A stretch of 64,000 nucleotides of DNA. It comes from Heptranchias perlo (lineage: Eukaryota). Within the stretch, counting starts at the first letter, position 1; each line of letters begins with the position of its first letter. The stretch lies in contig NC_090353.1 in assembly GCF_035084215.1 (NCBI RefSeq), positions 13,082,001 to 13,146,000 on the forward strand. Direction: 5' to 3'. Of this stretch, positions 51,366-62,300 are shown piece after piece. A program made the translations under genes and the position numbers. The notes under the pieces are model-generated. The model was not told where the DNA came from and ran no database searches. It saw only the letters and a list, made by a program, of their open reading frames with translations.

Positions 51366-53577
51366 TCGACAGGTCTATGCTGATGTCTTGCTCCACACGA
51401 GCCTCTTCCCACTTTACTTCATCTCACCCTATATGTATATATATAAAGCCACCACTGTTTACCACATTGTGAATATTTGTTACCACCTCAGCTCAAAATG
51501 TGCACTGTTCATTTGCGTTACTCCAACAGAACCTCTATGACCCAATCCATAAAACAGGATTCACAAAATATTCATTGGCCATTTTGCCACTCTACAGCTA
51601 TAGGAATTAAATATTCATTATTTATGCTGGCCACATGACAGTTTAAGTGCTTGAGAAGTGTAATGGCAGCATTATTGAAGCTGAGTCCTGATTGATCAGG
51701 TTCCTTCCCTTAATGCTACTGAAGCAAAATGTGCCTCTTTTTTTATATCAGCTTGAATCACATCCCCTCAACTCCACCTCAAACTTCTTTCCCTCAGTGA
51801 AATCCAAGTTTGCTTCTGCAAATCCCTCCTCACAACATTGCACTTCTGGAATCTTCCTTGTCCCCCTCCTAACATCGAAAGAAAGGAGTACATTTGTGAG
51901 ACTCCCCTCCCGATGTAGAGCCTCACTAGACCTGGGCCCACATGGCCCCAGGCTTCAACCTGAGGGCTTATCCAGCCCAGCCTCTGACCTGGATTTGTAT
52001 TCTAGCCCTTTCTCTGACCCACATTCCTGTCTAGCGAGGCTCCATGCCAGGAGAGAAGTCCACAAAATTACCTTTGAGAAACCTATTGCCATTCTTCATT
52101 TTTTAAGTTCTTAGTTGTGGCAAAAGTTTGACCGTAACCAATTGTGAGTCCTAAATATAGCAAAATTCTTTGAATTTGACATGCCATGTTTCTTGATACA
52201 ATTCTGGTTATCAAAACATACAGCTGTCGAGTTAGTGCTAAATTCTAAGGCAAAGAGCATTTATACAGTGAATAACTCTGTCCTTGTTGATAAAGGAATA
52301 TCTAAATGTTATCAGAATATGTAACTCTAACCTGATATGCACAATGAAAGTGATCCTATCTATTGTGATATGTCAGATTCCAGGGCTCTCAGGACCCAGG
52401 TAATCTTCCATAGCAATTTTCAGCTTCTCACATGAACTTATTCAGTAGCATTCCATTCTGTACATCACAGATCAGGTTTGAGGCTAAACAGGTCCAGGTC
52501 CAAGTCTGAGGCCAAGCAAGTCCAGGTCCAAGTCTGAGGCCATGTAGGCCCAGATCAGAGTTTGAATCTATGTAGGTCCATGTTGGAGTCTGGAAATGGT
52601 CTGGGCCAATACAGATCACAAGTTGGAGTTTGAGGCCCAGGTCAGAAGCTAAAGACTAGCACCTTCCGGGTCCATGACTCAGTTCTGCACATAGCAGCAA
52701 GGTTACTTGGAAGAGTGAGGGGGAACCTCAGGAAATGATTTTCCTTTGAATGAAATAACAAGTGCTTCTGGCAAAACCTTTCTTCTAAGATAAATGAGAG
52801 TGTGCATTAACTTGAGGGCTAACTGCAGCACTGGATCTATTCTAATACATCTATAGAGTTTATTAGCCGAAGACTGTGAATTACAGTTCCAATAAAATCC
52901 TGAGATAGTGTTAGCCCTGAGTGTGTCAATTACAGGCTTGTAACAGCATTTCTGAAATATTTAGAAGGTGCTCATCTGGAGTGAAATTAATGTGGACAGT
53001 CTCTCAGTCCAATTCCCATCAGACGAGTCCACAGCATTGAGCTACTCTTAAAAGCAGCAGACATTGGCACTAATAGGCTAATTTCACTCAGAGAGGCCAG
53101 AAGGACAGGCAGCGTGCGATGTGGAGATATACAGTTGCTGTAGGAGGTACACTTATGAAGGTCATGTTTAGATAAGCTGTCAGAATAATATCAGTGGGCT
53201 CAGCAGACAGATTCTTGAGTCGACGTGCAGAGATAGATAAGGGTTGGTATCAAGGGGGGAAGTAAGATTGAAATAATCTGAGCAGATATTGGACACTGAC
53301 TCTGAATGATAGACCACAACAAAATAGTTTGCACGGCCATCCCTCACTCTGTCTTGTTATGGTTTTTAGCACACCAGATCTTCATTATCTTGTTGGTGTT
53401 ACTGTGTGTAAAGTTGAAAAGTGTTTCACTTCCTCGTGTCATCCCTCACCGTAATGAGCACAAGTCTATGTGCATAACAGAAAAGCGGAGATAATGGGGT
53501 TGGAGCAGTGAGCAGAATTCAAAGCATAATTTGCAAAAACTAGAACCTTTGTCAGTTTTGAGCATTAGGCTATCTTC

Positions 53578-53762
53578 CATCTCTTTCTATCTATCCCTGT
53601 CTAATTATACATTTATCTATCTATCCATCCATGTATCTATCTATCTACCCCTGTCCATTTCTCTATCTATCTAACTCTGTCTATCAATCTATTTATTTAC
53701 CTACATCTTTGTCTGTCTATCTATCTATCTTCTTGTCCATCTTTCTGTCTGTTCATCTATCA
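53578..53762. repeat. Degenerate (TCTA/TCCA)n microsatellite
   Basis: Repeated tcta/tcca/tctg units. Confidence 0.8.
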
Positions 53763-54029
53763 AAAGGTTTGTTGAATGTAGAGTTCCTGTTTACTTTGTG
53801 TTCCGTCCAGCAGTGACAATCCGATTACAAAACCTGAAATGGAAAGCAGCCGTGACAGTTACCACTGTGCGCGCTCGTGAAGCACTGGAGTTGATTTTAA
53901 CCCTAAAGCAGGCTCAGACCTTGTTAATTTCAGGGTCCCATTACGACAGAATCCGCCACAGCGTTCCGCCAGGTGAAAGTAGGTCAGCAACTGTCGGGAA
54001 GGACAAAGAGGCCCAAAAGGTAAGTCAGA

Positions 54030-54597
54030 GTGACTCACCTCCTGACTTCCACCATCTACAAGGCACAAGTCAGGAGTGTGATGGAATACTCTCCACTTGC
54101 CTGGATGAGTGCAGCTCCAACAACACTCAAGAAGCTCGACACCATCCAGGACAAAACAGCCCGCTTGATTGGCACCCCATCCACCACCCTAAACATTCAC
54201 TCCCTTCACCACCGGCGCACAGTGGCTGCAGTGTGTACCATCCACAGGATGCACTGCAGCAACTCGCCCAAGGCTTCTTCGACAGCACCTCCCAAACCCG
54301 CGACCTCTACCACCTAGAAGGACAAGAGCAGCAGGCACATGGGAACAACACCACCTGCACGTTCTCCTCCAAGTCACACACCATCCCGACTTGGAAATAT
54401 ATCGCCGTTCCTTCATCGTCACTGGGTCAAAATCCTGGAACTCCCTTCCTAACAGCACTGTGGGAGAACCGTCACCACACGGACTGCAGCGGTTCAAGGA
54501 GGTGGCTCACCACCACCTTCTCAAGGGCAATTAGGGATGGGCAATAAATGCCGGCCTCGCCAGCGACGCCCACATCTCATGAACGAATAAAAAAAAA
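54030..54597 (+). mobile_element. Non-LTR retrotransposon 3' end (CR1-group, distinct family), inserted in a Harbinger-like MITE (~53888-54830)
   Basis: Translates IYKAQVRSVMEYSPLAWMSAAPTTLKKLDTIQDKTARLI...SLHHRRTVAA and ends GAATAAAAAAAAA. Confidence 0.8.
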
Positions 54598-55489
54598 GGA
54601 GGACCAGGACTTTCCCCACAAGGAATGTCATGGTTTCCCCTGCCCTGGATCCCCTCCCCCCACCACGTTCCCTCCCATGAGACCCTCCCTGTCACTTATC
54701 TGGGCTGCCTGACCTTCGGTAGCTGACAGCCACTCCGCCCGGGAAGTGGACAGGCAGCATTTAAACGGTGGGGAGTGCAACATTTTTCTACTCTTGCCGC
54801 CCAGACTCACCCAGTGGATAAAATCAGCAAAAGCCTCCTGCTGCCGTTGGTGGGAATTAACTCATTGGAGCGGAATCCCATCGGAAACCCGCTTTGAGTT
54901 TAAAACTCCCCCCCCGGTAGTATCTTTGAAACAAGAGCCACCAATTAGGCATCCCAACCTGACAGGAATGAAAGAGCAGAGGCAATATACAAGTGTCAAA
55001 CGAGCAGCACCATGACCAACCTAAGAAAGCAGCAATTATTCCGTCCTATTTTCTGCTGCTCCAACACATTGCTCAGGCGTGTCAGTCACTGACCAGTGCG
55101 CAACGACCACGCTGCAGGGCCCACCCTACCCATGAGTAACGTTGTGGAAGTCCAGTGGGCAATGACAGCAGCATGCTTATACAGCCGTACAACTTGTCAC
55201 TCTGTGCTGTTGTGCTACCATAGCACATAATCCAATATAGATCTTAACCACTGCTCCCTTTTTCTCGGACAGCAGGTGCTGGTTGTGGAGGGCGGCTGCA
55301 CCAGAGCCACTGGGAGGGGAGGAAATATGGGCTGGTGCTTGGGGTGGGGGAATCCCATGGTACAGGGCCGGAGAGGTGGTCTTCATCCCTAGGGTCTACC
55401 CACCTTTTTCCACCACATTCCCAGGCCACGGGAGCCTTTTCCTCTTTGCAAGATTTTCCATGCTTCCTCCCTCCCCCTCTGCTATTCTA

Positions 55490-55815
55490 CATGTAACCAC
55501 TTACACCTCCTCAGGACCTATCTTTTGTTTCTTTACTTGCCCCATTAGCACTTCCTTTTGCCTTGCACTATCATCCCTTTTGTCACTTAATCACTCCTGC
55601 TCCCCATCTTATCATAGACCTTTCCCCTTTGTTCTTTCCTCCCACCCCACTCCCACTTTTCCCTGGCTTGCTTAAAAACTGTTAAATCTCTAACATCTTC
55701 TAGTTCTGATGAAAGGTCATCGACTGAAAACGTTAACTCTGTTTCTCTCTGACCTGCTGAGCGTTTCCAGCATTTTCTGTTTTAATTTCAGATTTACGCA
55801 GTATTTTGCTTTTAC
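55490..55815 (+). mobile_element. Degenerate Penelope-like pseudo-LTR of a second family, with a hammerhead-like remnant at 55702-55738
   Basis: AGTT-CTGATGA-AAGGTCATCGACT-GAAA-ACGTT-AACT followed by GACCTGCTGAG..TTTCCAGCATTTTCTG. Reverse fragments lie at ~8455-8565 and ~60133-60195. Confidence 0.55.
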
Positions 55816-55889
55816 ACATAATCCAATATTAGTTTCATGTGTTATGATGGGTGGACAAGAAGCATTTGTGACCAAATCCCACAGCAAGT

Positions 55890-56294
55890 TTTTTAAAAAA
55901 TTTGTTCATGGGATGTGGGCGTCGCTGACAAGGCCAGCATTTATTGCCCATTCCTAATTGCCCTTGAGAAGGTGGTGGTGAGCCTCCTTCTTGAACCACT
56001 GCAGTCCTTGTGGTGAAGGTTCTCCCACAGTGCTGTTCCCTAGGAGTTCCAGGATTTTGACCCAGTGACGATGAAGGAACGGCGTTATATTTCCAAGTCG
56101 AGATGGTGTGTGACTTGGAGGGGAACGTGCAGGTGGTGTTGTTCCCATGTGCCTGTTGTCCTTGTCCTTCTAGGTGATAGAGGTCGCGGGTTTGGAAGGT
56201 GCTGTCGAAGAAGCCTTGGCGAGTTGCTGCAGTGCATCCTGTGGATGGTACACACTGCAGCCACTGTGCGCCGGTGGTGAAGGGAGTGAATGTT
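55890..56294 (-). mobile_element. Non-LTR retrotransposon 3' end, same family as 54030-54597, inverted
   Basis: High-identity reverse complement of ~54192-54590. Confidence 0.85.
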
Positions 56295-57899
56295 TTATTA
56301 ATGGTACAGGTAAATTTATGCGTTCATTAAGGTGAGGAACGTCATTGCTGGGGAGTGCAACATTTTTCTACTCTTGCCGCCCAGTCTCACCATCAAGTAT
56401 TCCCGGGTCAGTTATCACATGGCCAGATGCAAAGGCTGTGTCTATCATACTGCAACAATGTGCGTTAACCTAACCTAAGAATACCAGCCCCTGCTGCACC
56501 ATTCTGACATTTCCACTTCCCTCACAGGGAAACGTAGGGCTGAACTTGCTTCCTGAATTCTTTTTAGTGCATTGGTTAAGATGTTTGCTTTTATGTCCTG
56601 TGCATGATTTTAGCAAAAGCCTTTTATTTTTTAGCTAAAATAGCTCATATCAGATTTGTAGCTGTCGATTTGCTCAACCATTTTTATGCCCTTGACTCCA
56701 ACGAAACATTTACTGTTTCACACCCCAGTCGTTTCCCTTGGTATTGTCCCAATTTTTGCTCCCTCACGTCCAAGCAGTGCAGACTCGAGCATACCTAGCA
56801 CATAATTAGTATGGCCATCCTTCATCAGATCTGGCTGGACCATATCAAATGCTATTGAGCCTGACTCTCCTCTGTCAAAACTGCCCACTACTCCAGGATC
56901 CTCCCTAGTTCTCCCACTTTAGGCAGTCCCCCCGATGCTAGTGAGGAAAACTTTGCAGGGACGACTGGGTTGAGATTGCCTGAGTCTTATCCTGATACGA
57001 TGCTTGGATCATTTGTCGTTTGACATTTTCCCTATTTTTGAAGTTGGTAGCAATTGTTTACAACCAAATCACTTGCTCGGACACTTCAGAGGGCATTAAG
57101 AGTTAACCATGTCGTGTGGGACTGGAGTTACATATAGGCCAGACCAGGTAGAAGTGGCAGGCTCAATGCCCTGAGGAACATTAGTGAACCAGTTGGGAAG
57201 GTGTCACATACCAGTTGTATTGTCATTTGAAGATGTATTTTCTTTCAAGACAACTAGAAAAACAGATAAATGTGTTATTAAATTCATTATATTAAGTAAA
57301 CTTAGAGCATTCAAACTAGACTGCAAGCTTTCATGTTTTTTTCAGGTGCCAAGTTATCAGATTTATTGAATTCAATTTTACAACTTGCTCTGGTGGGATT
57401 TGAACTCATGACCTCTGGGTACTATAACCACTACCATACTTGTAAAATTAGCCTTTATGTTCAATCCTTGCCTACATCTTAGCTTCAAAAAATAAAAATG
57501 GTATATATTCGGTATACTTTGTATCTGAGTCCAGCAGGAGTCACTGGGCAGCAATCAGGAGCAGGAGCTAAGGCTGATTTCCACCCCGATTCCTAGCCAA
57601 GAGGCCTACCAAGGCTAATTGTAGCACCAAAATGCCATCAAACCTTGGGTCTGTATTGCTAAGTACTATACTGGGTGCTGCAGGCATCCACTGAGCCAGA
57701 AGAGTTCAAAATAAAGAAGAAAAACGACAGCTTTGTAACTGTAATCAGGAAGATGTCACATACCAGTTGTGCTGTCATTTGAAGATGCACTTTCTTTGAA
57801 GTCAACTAGAATAATAAATAAATGTGTTATTAAATTCATTATATTAATTAAATTTAGAGCATTCAAACTAGACTGTTTTCCAATTTTAGATTTTTCAGT

Positions 57900-58318
57900 A
57901 AGGAAGTACTTTGAACAAAGACTGCTACTTAAGTGAGAATAGTGGCCCTGTGGAATAGGTTGACAGCTTGTGCGGTGAATGCTGAGTCACTGTATTCCAT
58001 CAAGAGAGAGCTGGACCTGTTTCTGGCTGGGGCAGTGATCACCTCGTATAACAGGTAGGTATCCTGTGAGATAAATCAGGGTCAATTTGATCTGCTGAAC
58101 TAGTTTCAATCACCTAATGAGGTCGGAGAGAAATTTTCCAGATTTTTTCCCCTAATTGGCCTAGGTTTTTATCTGGTTTTTCGCCTCTCCCAAGAGATTA
58201 CGTGGTGGATAGGGAATGTCTGTACCGTGATGCATAAGGCATCATAACTATATTGGACAGGCTAGATGGACCAGTGGCTCTTTTCCTGTCCCGTCATTTT
58301 CGTATGTTCGTATGTATG
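57900..58318 (+). mobile_element. Old CR1-type 3' fragment
   Basis: Tail GGCTAGATGGACC...TTTTCCTGTCCC..TTTTCGTATGTTCGTATG; a related fragment lies at 60725-60880. Confidence 0.5.
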
Positions 58319-58363
58319 TAAGTTAGTTGAAATTTAACAGCCGAAACATTCATTAATACGTAC

Positions 58364-58720
58364 CTTGGATCTGCAGATTAGTCCCATTCCCAGACTTTCT
58401 GTACACTGGTGGAGGAATCTCAATTAATACTTCACACAAGTACATCCCAGTGTCATTCAGGTTTATGCGGGAGATAGTCAGAGAGCTAACTGCATCATTG
58501 AAGAAATGTTTTGTCCTTTCGGTGTAATTCGGGTAAGCCTTCGTTGTGTTTCCTTTGAAGGTGAGCACCATCATCTTTCTCTCTGGTAAGATTTTACTCC
58601 ATTCTATTCGCAGCTCCGCATTTGTGCTATTAATCCGACAAGTCATTGTTACCGAGTCTCCTTCCCTTGCAGATAGGTGAAGTGGGGATTGTGTAACCGT
58701 CAGGATTTCACCGTTCCCAG
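58364..58720 (-). CDS. TMIGD2: IgV (VJ-type) ectodomain exon of a TMIGD2/CD28H-like receptor
   Basis: 357-nt phase-1/phase-1 exon (acceptor ttttgtccttacag|CT, donor CAAG|GTACGT). It shows V-set hallmarks VTQSP, VTMTC, IEW, SLTI, DTGMYLC and GNGTNLQI, an EIP motif after the second Cys as in human TMIGD2, and 5 N-glycosylation sequons. Confidence 0.8.
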
Positions 58721-58814
58721 CTGTAAGGACAAAAATGCACAAGGATTAAAAAATTCACTTTTTGACTCACCTAAGAATGAGAATTCCAACAAGCCCATTC
58801 TTCTCAATAATTCT

Positions 58815-59165
58815 TGTGAATGTAAAGCACCTCATCCGATTGAAATGTCCCATACATTTTACAAACAGCAATGAGATGAATCATCAGTTAAAGTGTTTTT
58901 GGTGGTATTGGTTGAGGAAGGATCGTTTGCCAGGACAACTCCCTGCTCATCTTCAAATTGTGTCATGGAATCTTTAACTTCAACTTGAACAATGAGAACA
59001 GGCAGACAGGACCTCATTTCAACATCTCATCCAAAGGACAGAACCTCTTTACTGCACGGGGTGGGGGGTTAGCCTAGATTATGAGCTGAAAGCTGGTATG
59101 GGGATCGAACCAACAACCTTCTAAACCAGAGGTGAAAGTTCTACCAACTAAGCCAAGCTGACATG
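58815..59165 (-). mobile_element. DeuSINE-like SINE, degenerate
   Basis: Reverse complement of the DeuSINE-like head, core and tail seen elsewhere in the window. Confidence 0.55.
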
Positions 59166-59637
59166 CCTGATAACTTCAATCCCACCTACCCATCTTTTCA
59201 TTACATCTTCAATTCCTTCTATCTCCAGCAACACTGTCTGCTTCAATGGTCTTCCTTGGTAACTTATTCCACCAGTCTGTTATGCTTTGGGTGAAGATTC
59301 CAGTGGAACCCTCAATAGTAGCCCTTCCTTCAATTCACATCAGCACACTTCCATCTCACCCCCTTACTTCACTTTGGCACTGTTCTGTCTCCTCAGCTCA
59401 TGCTGGCACTTTCCCTCCCCTCTCCCCCATCAGTTCACATTGATACCTTTCACTCCCTACCCCTCAGATCCCCCTGACATTGTCGTCCCCCTTCCTCCCT
59501 CAGCCCCGCACCCCACTTCCAAGGGATGGAAGAATATGGACAAGAATTCTTATAAAACTATCGCAGGAATTGCTACCCAGAGCAGCATTCAATCCCCCAA
59601 AGCAACAGGAAGTTGGTGCAGAAGCAGTACTGGCTAT

Positions 59638-59865
59638 TGTCCTGGCCAAACATTGTCTTGGCCAATGCTTATCCTTCAACCAACAGATTATCTTGTCATT
59701 TATCTCATTGCTGTTTGTGGGACCTTGCTGTGCGCAAATTGGCTGCCGCGTTTCCAACATCACAACAGTGAATACATTTCAAAAGTATTTCAATGGCTGT
59801 AAAGCGCTTTGGGACGTCCTGAGGTTGAGAAAGATGCTATATAAATGCATGTTCTTCTTATTTCT
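59638..59865 (+). mobile_element. DeuSINE-like SINE, 3' half
   Basis: GCTGTTTGTGGGACCTTGCTGTGCGCAAATTGGCTGCCGCGTTTCC...GGCTGTAAAGCGCTTTGGGACGTCCTGAGG. Confidence 0.75.
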
Positions 59866-61897
59866 TACTGAGGAGCAGCAAAGGTCACTACACTCATTTT
59901 CACTGCCCTTAGAAATTAAAAAGTCTCCATGGCCTACATTACATACACCCAGCTATGAGGTCTTGGGAAAGAATGAGGTAGATCACGCAACCTTCAGATA
60001 AGTATTCATTTCAATGCACTGATGCATAAAACAGGATTCCATTTTTATTCATTTGCTCCAGTAAAAGGTATTGCACTTGGTGCTGTCAGTCTTCACTTGT
60101 TGATCAGTTAGTCAGTCAAACCATCTATATTAAATGAAAACAGAAAATGCTGGAAATACTCAGCAGGTCAGGCAGCATCTGTAGAGTTATGTTAAATTGT
60201 TGTGTTAAAAGTAGCGTTTTTTAATGAACAGTAAAGGGAACAAGCATATAATTCAAAAGTCATGAATCTTCTCACAGCTAATTTCCCTTAACGGGCCCCC
60301 AGTGCACACAAGCAACTCTAAACGGAAGGCTCTTTTGAGGTTTAGGGTTGAGACTGTGGGAATCCAAGCCACACACCAAAGTTCTGCACACTGAAACGCT
60401 CAGATGCAAGAAATGAGTATCATTGCAGAATCGGATTCGGAGGACTTTCAATGTCTCAAATGCAACTGAAAGAAACTCCTGTAATGATTCAGTGAGTTTA
60501 TATTGACCAGGAAGGTTCCAGGTCGAATCCACAGTCTATGCTGAATTAGCTTATCTCAGCCAAGGTAGTAGTAGGGGCATCTGAATCAGGGAGGGGAAAA
60601 TCAGCCACGGATCCCACTCCCGATCACTTTCCAGTTCTCCTACTGGAAGTACGAGTGTATGGATGTCTGGTGAGGACAGGATCGGATTCAACTGTGATGC
60701 CTCCATGCTTAAAGGGGAAGGGAAGTTTTGCCTCTCCCAGGAGATTACATGGCTGTGGGGGCGAGGTGGGTGTTGATGGGTAGGGAGTGTCTTGTTATAA
60801 TGCTCCAGGCATCATGAGTGTGGGGCAAGCTTGATGGACCAGCTGGTCTTTTCCTGCCCGTTATTTTCGAATGTTCATACGAGGTCTTGTGACAGAACTT
60901 TTAGTTCAAATACTGCCTACTGTATATTGGAACACTATCTGTCTATAGATGGGATCTATGTTTATCTAGCTATCTATTTATTAAAGCACACCAAGCCATT
61001 TTCTGGGGATTCCAGTGCCCCAGAGACCACCCATGCAAACTGGTGTTAGAGGTTGTGCATGTGCCCCTTTAGATCAGAGGATCTGTAACGTGGCAGCCAC
61101 TAACTTCCTCTCAGCACAAGCAAGATATTTTAATTCTTGAGTAGATAGAGGTGAACTCCAGTCCAGGGGTGCAAATCATTTGACTGCTGTTTCAAACAGC
61201 AGCCAGCAGCCTCCAAAAAAACATCTGGAATTTGTGCAGCTGCAACCCTTCCAGGCTTACAGGAGTGCACAACTTCCCTCCTCTGATTTGGAGTGAATGC
61301 TGATTCCCAAGGGGTAGCCCTGCCCAGTGATTGCCCAACATATTTAAAATGGCTGAACTCGGAAATACGGCCAGGTTCAGCTGTGGCCATGTCAGGCGAA
61401 TGCAAAAAGCAAAGTTACCCTGGGATGGGGGAGGCGAAGGAAAATCGGCCCCCACTTCTCCATATGGAGTAACTGAGCAGTGGCAATAAAGGGACTTGCC
61501 AAGTTAAACACAGCTCCAACTGAGACATTGAAAGCCCTCCTAATCCTTCCTGCAATGGTGCTCATTTCTTGCATGTGAGCGTTTCAGTGTGAGGTACTTT
61601 ACTATGTGGCTCCAACTTAGCAGCTAACCATCACAACGAGAGACTCCCCATGCACAATGCCAAGGGAAATCTGGTGGCAGACGTTAAAATACGGACAGTG
61701 CCCTACAGTTATTTTAGATGACAGTCCAAAATTAATTTTAGGGAGGAGTAAGAACTTTTCTGCTCATTATGTGTGCATGTTCCCTCTGAAATCTTTTTTG
61801 GCATCACTGTACATATGATCAATGCAATTCTTCCTCCAAAGATAGGAAGATGACGTGCAACAAATCAGTGGAGCTGAGAAATAACTATTGCTAATAC

Positions 61898-62300
61898 TGT
61901 CAGCTTGGCTCAGTCCCTGGCACTCTCACCTCTGACTCAGAAGATTTTGAGTGTCAAGCCTCACTCCAGGACTTGAGCACATAATCTAAGCTGATGCAGG
62001 TGAGGAAGGTGCTGGCTTTCAGATGGGATGTTAAACCAATGCCTTGTCTGCCTGCACTGGCTAAGGAAGAAGAGATCACATGGCACTGCTTGAAGAAGAG
62101 CAGGGAGTTCTCCTGGTGTCCTGGCCAACATTCCTCCCTCAACCAACACCACGAAAAAATAACAATTTAACTGGTCATTCAACTAATATTCTGTTTGTGG
62201 ACCATTGTGTGTACTAATTGGCTGCTGTGTTCGCCTGCATATCACCAGTAATGGGTGTGGAGCACTTTGGAGCTTCCTAAGAACATGATAAGGCGCTAAT
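61898..62300 (+). mobile_element. DeuSINE-like SINE, near full length
   Basis: Head TGTCAGCTTGGCTCAG...CACTCTCACCTCTGACTCAGAAG and core CATGGCACT..TGAAGAAGAGCAGGG. Confidence 0.65.

Noticed and set aside
53306-53494. Hydrophobic 62-aa ORF, or a stalk exon on the opposite strand
   Set aside because: No splice support on +; the minus-strand acceptor candidate reaches a stop within five codons.
53798-54547. 249-aa ORF
   Set aside because: It is an off-frame read through a MITE and a LINE 3' end; the real LINE frame is the YKAQVRSVMEY frame.
58364-58720. IgV exon as a rearranging TCR/Ig V segment or as NKp30
   Set aside because: There is no RSS and the G strand lies within the exon. The TM lacks the charged Arg of NKp30, and the YxN tail and SHD adjacency favour TMIGD2.
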